A stretch of DNA of 58,737 bases. Source: Bacteroidia bacterium (GTDB taxonomy: Bacteria > Bacteroidota > Bacteroidia > NS11-12g > UBA955). This document shows, in pieces, positions 1 through 9,466 of this stretch (its first letter is position 1; each line of letters begins with the position of its first letter). The DNA is taken from positions 1 through 58,737 of the forward strand of contig JBILJV010000006.1 in NCBI GenBank assembly GCA_044377005.1, written 5' to 3'. The notes beneath the pieces are model-generated. The model saw only the letters and a program-made list of their open reading frames with translations, did no database searches and was not told the origin of the DNA. The translations under genes and the position numbers were made by a program.

Positions 1-1667
1 ACGATGAACTCAGTGCACTTTACCGCTGCCGATTTCAGTCATTCAATGAATTAATAAACAAAGGTGTTGTTGTAGATGGACATCCAGCTTTGGTTCAAGT
101 TTTATTATGGAGTTTGATTCATTTTTGTGGTGCTTCTGTTACAACGGTTAAATTGCCTTTTGTCCTTTTTTCACTAATAAGTACCTTTTATTTTTTCAAA
201 ATTGGGATTAAGTATTTTGGCATATACACTGCTTTACTTGCCGGTATTTTCTTTATAAGTTTAGAATATTTCTTATATCTACACAGTGTTGCTCGTCCGT
301 ATTCTTTGGGACTAATGCTCAACTTAATACTCGTTTATCAGCTTCATTCGTTCAATCAAAATTCAGAAAAATGGAGTAGGCTATTCTTCATTACAAGTAT
401 TACAACACTTAGTTTTTACACCCATTATTTTAGTTTTTTGCAAAGTGTAACCATACTTCTTACTTACCTTACCTTCCAATCGAATAAAACACAAAAAATA
501 CAATTATTGGGCGTTTTAGTTTTTAGTTCATTGTTGTTTTTACCTCATTTACCAATTACACTTACCCAACTAAGTTATGGCGGTTTGCAATGGTTAAGTA
601 CCCCAAATTGGCAATTTTTCAAACAGTTTTATTGGCAATTGTTTAATCAGTCTTTGACTATAACTTTTCTTTTTTCAATTTTACTACTGTTGGCATTTCT
701 GCAAATAAAAAAGAATTTCAAGAACAGAATAATTGCCTTCCTATTATGGGGGGTTCCACTCCTAATAATCTATTTATACTCAGTTCTAAGAGCTCCAATA
801 ATGCAGTCGGCTGCCTTATATTTTTCGACCCCTTTCCTACTATTACTTGCGGCAAACGGTATTGAAACATTGAAATACAAAAAACTAAAAATGGCAGGAA
901 TTATAATTAGTTTTATACTGTTAATTTATCATTTGCATTACAGCACACATTTTGTTCAAAACAGATATTTTCAACCCATGCAAGCTTTTATTGAGGCAAG
1001 CAATACCTTTAAAAAACAAAATCCCGAAAAGAAAATTGGCATTTATTGGCAAGGGAACTCCAGCTATTTTAATTTGTACTTACAGCTTAGCAAACAAACT
1101 TTTGAGTGTCAATACACTGAAAAAATTAAGCAATTGGACAGTAACGAACTAAGGGGAAAAGACTACATTATTTGCAATCACTTACAAGCAGAAAACATGT
1201 CCATATTAGGTCAATATTTTCCTTTTATTAAACAGAAAGACTACCATTTACAATATGAATTTGTGGTTTTACAAAAAACCAACTCCAAACAACTTTTGTA
1301 TGAAAAAACGATGTCATTTACTTTTGATTCAAGCAATTCACAAATTCCGGTAACGATTCCCATCCATTCCATTATTCCTAATCACTATTACTACCTCGAT
1401 TGGCAAATAGTTGAAAATGAAACCATAGACAATGAATTAGTGATTGAAACTTTTGTTAATAAGCTAAGAGTTGATTGGCGTTCAATGAACTTGAATGAAA
1501 AACAGACTTACAGCATCAAATTAAAAGATGTATTGAACCCCAAACAATGGCTACAAAAGCCTGATTTAAAAATATATCTATCAAATCCTCAATTAGTAAG
1601 CAAAAAACCTTTACAACTAATCGTAAGAATGAGGACAGACAATCCTTTTGAATATACTGGAAAATAA
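1..1667 (+). CDS. GT-C fold membrane glycosyltransferase (GT39/GT83, PMT/ArnT-like), 5'-truncated by the window edge
   Basis: Frame is open from position 3 (DELSALYR...DGHPALVQ), showing the luminal DE motif and HP motif. Also ARPYSL, YTHYFS, many TM segments and a soluble C-terminal domain. The ORF-track start at 90 is internal. Confidence 0.75.
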   Translation, partial: DELSALYRCRFQSFNELINKGVVVDGHPALVQVLLWSLIHFCGASVTTVKLPFVLFSLISTFYFFKIGIKYFGIYTALLAGIFFISLEYFLYLHSVARPYSLGLMLNLILVYQLHSFNQNSEKWSRLFFITSITTLSFYTHYFSFLQSVTILLTYLTFQSNKTQKIQLLGVLVFSSLLFLPHLPITLTQLSYGGLQWLSTPNWQFFKQFYWQLFNQSLTITFLFSILLLLAFLQIKKNFKNRIIAFLLWGVPLLIIYLYSVLRAPIMQSAALYFSTPFLLLLAANGIETLKYKKLKMAGIIISFILLIYHLHYSTHFVQNRYFQPMQAFIEASNTFKKQNPEKKIGIYWQGNSSYFNLYLQLSKQTFECQYTEKIKQLDSNELRGKDYIICNHLQAENMSILGQYFPFIKQKDYHLQYEFVVLQKTNSKQLLYEKTMSFTFDSSNSQIPVTIPIHSIIPNHYYYLDWQIVENETIDNELVIETFVNKLRVDWRSMNLNEKQTYSIKLKDVLNPKQWLQKPDLKIYLSNPQLVSKKPLQLIVRMRTDNPFEYTGK

Positions 1668-1703
1668 TGGGCTAATTTGTAGGCTGCAAATTTAAAAATT
1701 ACT

Positions 1704-1711
1704 TACTTTTG
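1704..1711 (+). promoter_or_regulatory. Bacteroidota sigma-A -7 box (TACTTTTG)
   Basis: Exact TAnnTTTG, 4 nt before the GTG at 1716. Confidence 0.6.
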
Positions 1712-1715
1712 TGCT

Positions 1716-3692
1716 GTGCATTACAACAGAAAACAATTAAGTAACGAAACATTATTAGAGCTTTATAAAAACATCCTTTATCCAAGAATTATCGAAGAAA
1801 AGATGTTGATTTTATTGCGTCAGGGTAAAATCGGGAAATGGTTCAGTGGCATAGGTCAAGAGGCTATTTCTGTGGGTGTTACTATGGCGCTGCATAACGA
1901 TGAATATGTATTGCCGCTGCATAGAAATTTAGGCGTTTTTACCACCCGAAAAGTGCCATTCAGACAATTGTTTGCGCAATGGCAGGGTAAAAAAAGTGGT
2001 TTTACCAAAGGCAGAGACAGAAGTTTCCATTTTGGGACCAACGACTATCACATTGTCGGTATGATTTCACATTTGGGCGCTATGTTGGGCGTTGCCAATG
2101 GTATCTCTTTGGCACATTTGCTCAACAACGACAAAAAAATAAGTGTCGTTTTCAGTGGTGATGGTGGCACAAGCGAAGGCGATTTTCACGAAGCCATGAA
2201 TGTGGCTGCAGTTTGGCAATTGCCCGTTATCTTTTTAATAGAAAACAATGGTTACGGATTGAGTACTCCTAGTAATGAGCAGTTCAGATGCAAACAGTTT
2301 ATTGACAAAGGCATAGGTTATGGCATGGAGGCTTATCAAGTGGACGGTAATAATATTTTGGAGGTTTACAACAAAGCGACTGAATTATCAGAAAGCATGA
2401 GAAACTCCCCTCGTCCCATTTTGTTAGAGTGCATGACTTTTAGAATGCGCGGTCACGAGGAAGCAAGCGGTACTAAATATGTTCCTCAAGAATTGTTTGA
2501 AGAATGGGGTAAAAAAGACCCAATTAGTAATTATGAAACCTATTTGATGTCAGAAGGTATATTAAACGAAACCCTTAAAACTCAAATTTATGATGAACTA
2601 AAACATGGCATGGATGATGATTTGGCAGCAGTGTTTGCGGAACCAGAAATTGTGGCCGATATTGAAGAAGAATTGAACGATGTGTATGCGCCCTATACTC
2701 AAGAAATTATTGCGCCAGCTACCAACAACACTAGCACTAGACGCTTGGTAGATGCTATAAGTGATGGCTTGAAACAAAGTATGGAACGCCACTCCAACAC
2801 AGTGTTGATGGGACAAGACGTGGCTGAATATGGTGGTGTTTTTAAAATTTCAGACCAATTTTATAAATTGTTCAGCAAAGCGAGAGTAAGAAATACGCCT
2901 ATTACAGAATCCTCAATTTTAGGGGCGGGTTATGGTTTGGCGATTAAAAAATACAAGGCGATTGTAGAAATGCAATTTGCCGATTTTGTCACTTGTGGGT
3001 TCAACCAAATAGTGAACAATTTAGCCAAAAGTCATTACCGTTGGGCACAAGCAGCCGATGTGGTGGTAAGAATGCCGACAGGTGCGGGTGTTGGTGCAGG
3101 GCCGTTTCACAGTCAGAGCACTGAGGCTTGGTTTTTCCATGTGCCGGGACTAAAAATTATATATCCTAGCAATCCTTATGATGCCAAAGGTTTGTTGTGT
3201 GCTGCTATTAACGACCCTAATCCAGTGTTGTTTTTTGAACATAAAAACTTATACAGAAGCATAGAAGGTGAAGTGCCTAACGATTATTACACCTTGGAAA
3301 TTGGCAAAGCCAAAACCGTAGCTCAAGGCGAAGAGTTAACCATTATCACTTACGGTTGGGGTGTTCAATGGGCATTGGAGGCATGTAAAAACTTAAATAT
3401 CCAAGCAGAAATAGTAGATTTACGCACCTTGTTGCCATGGGATAAAGAAGCAGTAAAAACAGCTGTTGAGAAAACAGGTAAAGTCATGGTGTTGCATGAA
3501 GATACCCTCACAGGCGGTATAGGCGCAGAAATAGCCGCTTGGATCAGCGAACATTGTTTTACTGCCTTAGATGCACCTGTAAAACGCATTGGAAGCTTAG
3601 ATACGCCGGTACCTTTAGCTAAAGATTTAGAAGACAAATTTTTGGGCAGGGAGCAGTTAGAGAGAGGCTTGAAGGAGTTGAGGGATTTTTGA
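1716..3692 (+). CDS. Fused alpha/beta E1 component of a 2-oxoacid (probably branched-chain, 2-oxoisovalerate) dehydrogenase
   Basis: GQEA, TPP-binding GDGGTSEGDFHEAMN...ENNGY, RMRGHEE; beta part GQDVAEYGGVF, NTPITE, EMQFADF, GPFHSQ, EIVDLRTLLPWD. Confidence 0.93.
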   Translation: MHYNRKQLSNETLLELYKNILYPRIIEEKMLILLRQGKIGKWFSGIGQEAISVGVTMALHNDEYVLPLHRNLGVFTTRKVPFRQLFAQWQGKKSGFTKGRDRSFHFGTNDYHIVGMISHLGAMLGVANGISLAHLLNNDKKISVVFSGDGGTSEGDFHEAMNVAAVWQLPVIFLIENNGYGLSTPSNEQFRCKQFIDKGIGYGMEAYQVDGNNILEVYNKATELSESMRNSPRPILLECMTFRMRGHEEASGTKYVPQELFEEWGKKDPISNYETYLMSEGILNETLKTQIYDELKHGMDDDLAAVFAEPEIVADIEEELNDVYAPYTQEIIAPATNNTSTRRLVDAISDGLKQSMERHSNTVLMGQDVAEYGGVFKISDQFYKLFSKARVRNTPITESSILGAGYGLAIKKYKAIVEMQFADFVTCGFNQIVNNLAKSHYRWAQAADVVVRMPTGAGVGAGPFHSQSTEAWFFHVPGLKIIYPSNPYDAKGLLCAAINDPNPVLFFEHKNLYRSIEGEVPNDYYTLEIGKAKTVAQGEELTIITYGWGVQWALEACKNLNIQAEIVDLRTLLPWDKEAVKTAVEKTGKVMVLHEDTLTGGIGAEIAAWISEHCFTALDAPVKRIGSLDTPVPLAKDLEDKFLGREQLERGLKELRDF

Positions 3693-3739
3693 TTTTTGAT
3701 TTTTGATTTGGGATTTTAGATTTTAGGTTTTAGGTTTGA
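3684..3739 (+). repeat. Degenerate heptamer tandem repeat, 8 units, consensus G(A/G)TTTT(T/A)
   Basis: gattttt x3, gatttgg, gatttta x2, ggtttta, ggtttga; overlaps the E1 stop codon. Confidence 0.85.
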
Positions 3740-3774
3740 AATTGCATAAACCATTTGCAGCAACTCATGATTTA

Positions 3775-3816
3775 TTGGTTGGTCACCTACACAAGCCCTT
3801 GCTTCAGACCAACCAA
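3775..3816. repeat. 10-bp perfect inverted repeat TTGGTTGGTC / GACCAACCAA with 22-nt spacer (REP-like element or bidirectional terminator)
   Basis: Arms at 3775-3784 and 3807-3816, between convergent genes. Confidence 0.65.
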
Positions 3817-3867
3817 AGGAAAAGTTTTTTAGGAGAAGGCAAACAAGCAAACCAAGAAATTTTGCTT

Positions 3868-4344
3868 TTAAAATTCTATATCAAGTACAGGTTTGAAGCC
3901 TTCAAACTTGGGTAACTTTATGTAACTTGAATAGATGAAAGTTTGATAACTTGAATTCATTCCACTATTGTTTGCTACTTTATATTTTTTACTTACATTA
4001 ACTCCATAAGTTTTGTTTTTATGGTTAATATAACCTTTTGCAAAAAAACTAGCAGAATATGTGTTATATAGATAATGATATTCTAAAAACATCACATTTT
4101 TGTTAAAATCAAAGTTTTTACATGGGCAGTTTATGGTATCATTATAACGAATTTTATAAGACATACATGAATCATAAGATTCAATAATGGCATTAGTTCT
4201 TATAAATTTATCTGAACTATATTCAATAATTTTTAATTCTTGAATATTAATGTCATATGGATATCCATCAGGATTTGTTGTATCATATTCTTTTAAACAT
4301 GATACGAATAAAAATAACGTTGATATAATGATAAGACATTTCAT
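3868..4344 (-). CDS. Hypothetical lipoprotein
   Basis: 158-aa ORF with signal peptide and lipobox LFVS-C; 4-bp overlap with the upstream gene. Confidence 0.65.
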   Translation of the reverse strand: MKCLIIISTLFLFVSCLKEYDTTNPDGYPYDINIQELKIIEYSSDKFIRTNAIIESYDSCMSYKIRYNDTINCPCKNFDFNKNVMFLEYHYLYNTYSASFFAKGYINHKNKTYGVNVSKKYKVANNSGMNSSYQTFIYSSYIKLPKFEGFKPVLDIEF

Positions 4345-4907
4345 TTATAGTTGATTAAATAAGCTAAACCTAATGAAACATAAAGATTTGGGTTGACTTT
4401 TGGAATTTTAAAAATATTGATTCTAGAGTATAGAGATATCTCTTTATTAAAAAAATATTGTGGCTTTAATAAAAAAGAGACCCCAGTATATTCTTGGTCA
4501 TAATCAGCATTTATCATTTTTTTTATGTCTTCATTATTTGAATTAAGCTTACTATTTATAAACATATGATTTAAGGACAAACCCCAATATATATTAAATT
4601 TTTTATCCCTTAAAGAGTTAAAACCTATGCTATAATTAACCAAAATTAAATTGTTTTTTACTTGATAATTACCGTATGGTGGTAATTCAAAAGTTTTTTT
4701 TTGATTGCTAATATTAAATTCTAATCCAATAACTAATGGTAATTTATGGGCAGATAATCTATGAAACCCAAATTGATACATGTATCTAGGATTATAATTG
4801 TCATAATAACTAACTCCACTGTATAGTTGAATTGCGCTTGGAATCGTATCATTGGAATAACAATTTAAATGACAAAGTAAAGTAAAAAATAACAGCGCTT
4901 TTAACAT
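4341..4907 (-). CDS. Hypothetical exported protein, probable small outer-membrane beta-barrel
   Basis: Signal peptide MLKALLFFTLLCHLNCYS; alternating aromatic/hydrophobic strands; C-terminal strand LYVSLGLAYL. Start moved from 4919 to ATG 4907 because a -7 box covers 4917-4924. Confidence 0.6.
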   Translation of the reverse strand: MLKALLFFTLLCHLNCYSNDTIPSAIQLYSGVSYYDNYNPRYMYQFGFHRLSAHKLPLVIGLEFNISNQKKTFELPPYGNYQVKNNLILVNYSIGFNSLRDKKFNIYWGLSLNHMFINSKLNSNNEDIKKMINADYDQEYTGVSFLLKPQYFFNKEISLYSRINIFKIPKVNPNLYVSLGLAYLINYK

Positions 4908-4916
4908 AACTCTTAA

Positions 4917-4924
4917 CAAACTTA
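4917..4924 (-). promoter_or_regulatory. -7 box (TAAGTTTG)
   Basis: Exact TAnnTTTG on the minus strand, 9 nt before ATG 4907. Confidence 0.5.
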
Positions 4925-5048
4925 GTGTTTTGGTTTTTATTTACAAAATAATATCCAATTCGCTTTTCGTTTGTTTGTTTTGGGTTATAATATCAATAAT
5001 GGCATTAAGTTGAAGGTTTTGTATGACTTTTACAAATGTTACTAATGT

Positions 5049-5990
5049 TTACTCATCATACTTAATAAAATAATACCTTTCGTAACCTCCTTCAAAACCT
5101 TCTACAACCACATTTGGTTCCTGATTGACACCATATGAATACTTGTATTGTCCCGCTCGTCCGCCAATTACAGCAACTAGCCAACCATATAAATTATATT
5201 TGTATTCTATTTTACCAAATTCATTCTCTATATAATCTAATTTTCCTGGAAAATCCTTGCTGTACTTGGTCAAATATTCTAATTTTTCAATTTTATTATT
5301 CTTATTCAATAATAATTTTGTAGTTAAAATCTGGCTAATATTTCCTTTAAAGTAAGTATAAATTAAAATTGTGGAATCAATTTTAATTCCGTTGGAATAT
5401 GTAAATTCTTTTTTTCTAGTAAGTAGTGTATCTTTATATTCGTATTCGAAAATATTAACAGGATTAATTGTGTCAGGATAATGAAAATATTCCTCTTTAA
5501 TTACTTGGTTGTAGGTGTTATATATTATAGTGGTATGACTGTTAAAATCTGAACTCCTGTTTATTTGGCGTAAAAATTTCTGTTTTTTAATATTACAACC
5601 TTCATATTGATAAATATTTCTAATATTTTCAATTTCTGAACTCATGGTTAACAGATTGCCACATTGATCATAAATGTACTTGTAAGTTCCACAATCTCTG
5701 CCATTGTCTTGTTTATCTTTAATTTCAACTACAGAATCTCCTTTAAATTCAATGGTTCGATGACTGAAAATATATGGCATTCTTGATTTGTTATATCCAA
5801 AGTCGTTAAAGTATACTACTTCTATTGTAATTTTGGTGTGTTTTTTTTTCAGGCTTTTTTTTAGTTCTAAAGGGTCAGAGTAGAATATATTGGGATTCGA
5901 ATAAAAATATAAACTCTTATTTTGACCAACAATAGTTGACGTGGTCAATAACATTAAAAGGAATAATTCAAAAATATACCTTATTTTCAT
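5049..5990 (-). CDS. Hypothetical exported Tyr-rich protein with YD/RHS-like beta-hairpin motifs
   Basis: Signal peptide; recurring YxYD..GNL, YEYKD..L and YKYN..GWL motifs. Confidence 0.6.
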   Translation of the reverse strand: MKIRYIFELFLLMLLTTSTIVGQNKSLYFYSNPNIFYSDPLELKKSLKKKHTKITIEVVYFNDFGYNKSRMPYIFSHRTIEFKGDSVVEIKDKQDNGRDCGTYKYIYDQCGNLLTMSSEIENIRNIYQYEGCNIKKQKFLRQINRSSDFNSHTTIIYNTYNQVIKEEYFHYPDTINPVNIFEYEYKDTLLTRKKEFTYSNGIKIDSTILIYTYFKGNISQILTTKLLLNKNNKIEKLEYLTKYSKDFPGKLDYIENEFGKIEYKYNLYGWLVAVIGGRAGQYKYSYGVNQEPNVVVEGFEGGYERYYFIKYDE

Positions 5991-6387
5991 TTTTCTAATT
6001 GCTTCTTAAATACTTATATCCGAAGTTATTTTACGCCTACTCTAACAATATTCTGTTGTATTAACGAAATTCTGTTTGGTGTATTTTTAGTTACAATTAC
6101 GCAAAGTAAACCCATCCCCACCCAACTACCAAAAAAAACCTGCGATAAAGCCTATTTTTTTATAATAAAGAACTATTAAAAGGTTACTCCACAATTGTTT
6201 CCTCATAGACTTATGGCAGAGTGCTGTTGTTTTGCAACAGTATGAAATACATTAGCCGTTGTTTGTGTTATACTCATTCTTCATAAAATAAGTTCACCAA
6301 CATCGGCACAATTCAATTAACAATTTGAATCAAAAATCTTAATTAGATTAAAAATCCCAAAAATAAATTAATATTGCTATTGAATCT

Positions 6388-7179
6388 ATGACGCCTTCTG
6401 TTAGTTTGATTATATCGGTGTATAAAAATACCAAAGCATTATTATTAATTCTTAAAAGTATTAATTCGCAATCTTTTAATGGCTCTATAGAAGTTATTAT
6501 TGCCGAGGATAACAACAGTGATGAAATGAAAGAAGCCATTCAGAGTTTTAAGCCTAACAACAATATTACCCTAAAGCATATTCAGCAAGAGGACTTGAAA
6601 TTCAGAAAATGCAAAATTTTAAATTCAGCTATTCGAATTGCCTCATCACCTTATTTAATTTTCATTGATGGAGACTGTATCCTTCACCCCCATTTTATAA
6701 AATCACACTTAAAATTCAAGAAATCCAAACAAGTGCTTTTTGGAAGAAGGGTGATGCTTTCCCAATCATTGTCAGACAAACTAATATCAGAGAATTCACT
6801 TAAAAGTTTGGGACTAATTAATTGTCTTATTTATCAATGTAAACGAATAGATGCTGCTTTGTACTTGCCCTTTTTAAAACCTAAAAATAAAAGTGGTTTT
6901 TGGGGTTGTAACTGGAGTATTCACAAAACAGATATAGAATTAGTGGGTGGTTTTGATGAACAATATAACGAACCTGGCATAGGGGAAGACACTGACATTA
7001 ATTGGCGCTTAGAACAATGTGGCATTTATACCTTGCAAATAAAAAATCACGCCATACAATACCATTTATACCACCCCGAAAACTATAGCAACACAGCTAA
7101 AATGGAATCAATTTTGGCACAGAAAAAACTGGCATTTGAGAAAGAAAATGATAAAAACATATTGGTAGGTAGCCTTTAA
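6388..7179 (+). CDS. Glycosyltransferase family 2 with galactosyltransferase-like C-terminus
   Basis: SLIISVY, IIAEDN, FIDGDC (DxD), WGCNWS, GGFDE..GEDTD, YHLYH. Confidence 0.9.
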   Translation: MTPSVSLIISVYKNTKALLLILKSINSQSFNGSIEVIIAEDNNSDEMKEAIQSFKPNNNITLKHIQQEDLKFRKCKILNSAIRIASSPYLIFIDGDCILHPHFIKSHLKFKKSKQVLFGRRVMLSQSLSDKLISENSLKSLGLINCLIYQCKRIDAALYLPFLKPKNKSGFWGCNWSIHKTDIELVGGFDEQYNEPGIGEDTDINWRLEQCGIYTLQIKNHAIQYHLYHPENYSNTAKMESILAQKKLAFEKENDKNILVGSL

Positions 7180-7185
7180 TAACTA

Positions 7186-9372
7186 TTAAAAACTACTTGA
7201 TTTTACCCATTTCACAACAGACACTCCCGACTTGGTTATAAATTTGAAGAAATAAATCCCATCGGGTAATGCTTTTAAATTCAATGTTTGCATTGCGGGA
7301 ATTTGGGAATATTGATTAGAAATCACTTGTTTTCCGCTAGCACTAACTACAACTAATTCTGTCGCTTCATTTGTTGAGAATGACACATATTGTGCTGAGG
7401 GATTTGGAAACACATTTCTTGCATTTAAATCAATATGTTTATCCTTTACCTCAAGAAGTGCAGCATAAGCATTTATTTTACCCCTACCCCATATCAATGA
7501 CCCTGTATCTGCAATTTGACCCGTATGTTTGTCCAATCTTGCTGTATTTTGAATAATTTCTTTTATTTGAGTGTGGTTTAAGTTTGGATTCATTTCGAGC
7601 ATTAGTGCAACTATACCTGCCACAGCTGGACCCGACATAGAAGTTCCTGAAAAAGCCACAAATTGATAACTTTTACCATTAAATTGGGTTGTTTCTGCAA
7701 TTGTTCCGGGATTGGGGTCGAAAGAATTAACTGAGGAAATTACCAATTGCCCGGGACCAGCAATATCAGGTTTTCTTCTTTCATCCACTGTAGGACCATG
7801 GCTTGAAAAATTAGAAATTTGACCATAAAAAGTCAGTCCGTTAGGTAAAGAAACTTCGGAACGGTATGAAGCAACCGTTAAAACATTTTTACCTACACCT
7901 GCTGGTTCTCCTACACCATAAGCTGTATTGCCGGATTTAGTATTTACAAAATCTGCTGTAAAAGGCACTCCCCAATTGGTGTAACGATTAAAAAGTCTTA
8001 CATTGTTCCATACATGCAAATCGCACTGTGAAGAGCTGACTGCTTCAAGCAATAGTTTTAAATTTCCTTTCTTTCTAATATCAACCCGAATGTTAGGTTT
8101 TTGGTTGGTAACAAATGAATTGGTAATTGTAAATCGCATTTCAATAGAATCGCCATTGCTATTGCCAATTATTTGATTAAAAACAGTGTCTTTCAAACTT
8201 GAAAACCACGAAGAGTTTAGTAAACTTCTTCTTTGATTATTGAGCAGACTAAAGCGAACAGAAAATGAAGAATTTTTAGACCCCCACATTGATAATGTTT
8301 GACCAAAATAGTCGGGCAAAGTTGTAAAATTAACAACCGTTCTAAGAGTATCTGTGTTTGATTTAAAGGCTTGTTGAATATGAAAATTTGCATCGCCATT
8401 ATTTCCAGCAGAACCTACCAAAATTTTACCTTTTCCTGCAAAGGCATCAATACCAATATTTTCAAGAGTTGTGCCATCGTGAGGCCCCAAATGGTTCCCA
8501 AAACTCATGTTTACCACGAATGGTTTATTTACTTTTCGTGAATACTGTTCTATGTAATGATAGGCATCAATTAATGAGGGAGCATCTCTTCTCAAAGAAA
8601 TAAGAATTAAGTCACTTTCGGGAGCCATCCCTATAAGATTTACCCCTGCACCTCCACCAGCAGCTATTCCTGCGACGTGAGTGCCATGCGAACCGGGACC
8701 AAAAACATACAAAGTATCTTGCTGAGCGGTCAATAAATCAGCCTGAGTTTCATAAGCCGTACCAAAATCAAAACCATTTGGAGGAGGACCCGATAATTTA
8801 TTTTGATCCCAAGCCCTTACCACTCTATAACGAGAAAGAGTGCTGTCATAAAACATTGGATGTGTGTAGTCGAACCCCCAATCGATAACGGCAACAACAA
8901 CTCCTTTTCCTGTGTATGCACGCGGCAATGCTCCTAAACCCTTGTGAACACTGTCAACCTTTGTGGTTTTTATCGCATTTTCCAAATCAGGGAACAATGG
9001 GTCACCAATATCAACCAATAAAACACCGTTTAACTGGGCCAAAGATTCCAAAAATTGAACAGGCACTCTTACAGAATAAATATTGCCTTTTTGGTTAAAA
9101 TTAGTAATTCCTTTTGCACCTAACTCATTAGAATTAAACTTAGAAGATTCAACCAATAAAAGGGCTCCAATATAATAAGATTGATTTTTATAATACAAGG
9201 CATATTCATTGATAAGCTGACCATTAGGAACCATATTATTGTTGCGTTTAGCTGGTTTAGATTGTTTTAATTCAAACAAAAAACGCTTGGTAGCAGGAGA
9301 AAATTGAGCTTGAGAAAACAATACTTGAGCACAAGCAAAAACAACAGATACTAAAAGTAGTTTTTTAAACAT
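7186..9372 (-). CDS. S8 subtilisin-like serine peptidase with T9SS type-A C-terminal domain
   Basis: Triad motifs VIDWG, HGTHVAGIAAG and GTSMSGP; CTD VFPNPS...GIYFFK...KWVK; signal peptide from ATG 9372 (track start 9396). Confidence 0.92.
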   Translation of the reverse strand: MFKKLLLVSVVFACAQVLFSQAQFSPATKRFLFELKQSKPAKRNNNMVPNGQLINEYALYYKNQSYYIGALLLVESSKFNSNELGAKGITNFNQKGNIYSVRVPVQFLESLAQLNGVLLVDIGDPLFPDLENAIKTTKVDSVHKGLGALPRAYTGKGVVVAVIDWGFDYTHPMFYDSTLSRYRVVRAWDQNKLSGPPPNGFDFGTAYETQADLLTAQQDTLYVFGPGSHGTHVAGIAAGGGAGVNLIGMAPESDLILISLRRDAPSLIDAYHYIEQYSRKVNKPFVVNMSFGNHLGPHDGTTLENIGIDAFAGKGKILVGSAGNNGDANFHIQQAFKSNTDTLRTVVNFTTLPDYFGQTLSMWGSKNSSFSVRFSLLNNQRRSLLNSSWFSSLKDTVFNQIIGNSNGDSIEMRFTITNSFVTNQKPNIRVDIRKKGNLKLLLEAVSSSQCDLHVWNNVRLFNRYTNWGVPFTADFVNTKSGNTAYGVGEPAGVGKNVLTVASYRSEVSLPNGLTFYGQISNFSSHGPTVDERRKPDIAGPGQLVISSVNSFDPNPGTIAETTQFNGKSYQFVAFSGTSMSGPAVAGIVALMLEMNPNLNHTQIKEIIQNTARLDKHTGQIADTGSLIWGRGKINAYAALLEVKDKHIDLNARNVFPNPSAQYVSFSTNEATELVVVSASGKQVISNQYSQIPAMQTLNLKALPDGIYFFKFITKSGVSVVKWVKSSSF

Positions 9373-9453
9373 AATTGTAAAGTGGTAAAGATACACAAAA
9401 TATAAAAATACAAGAATAGCAAAATATTCAAAGTTGAATGATTAGAAAAAGAG

Positions 9454-9461
9454 TACTTTTG
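9454..9461 (+). promoter_or_regulatory. -7 box (TACTTTTG)
   Basis: Exact TAnnTTTG, 5 nt before GTG 9467. Confidence 0.6.
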
Positions 9462-9466
9462 CGCCC

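Noticed and set aside
1716-3692. E1 alpha-beta fusion as a novelty
   Set aside because: Fused E1 is common in Bacteroidota.
3684-3816. Repeat region as a CRISPR array or integron
   Set aside because: Units are 7 bp with no spacers; no cas or integrase gene; only one inverted repeat.
6213-6286. Two tiny overlapping Cys-rich ORFs (MAECCCFATV; MKYISRCLCYTHSS) with a CTGTTG/CAACAG hairpin, resembling a leader peptide
   Set aside because: The downstream gene is a glycosyltransferase unrelated to cysteine, there is no attenuator U-tract or clear promoter, and ORFs this short arise by chance.
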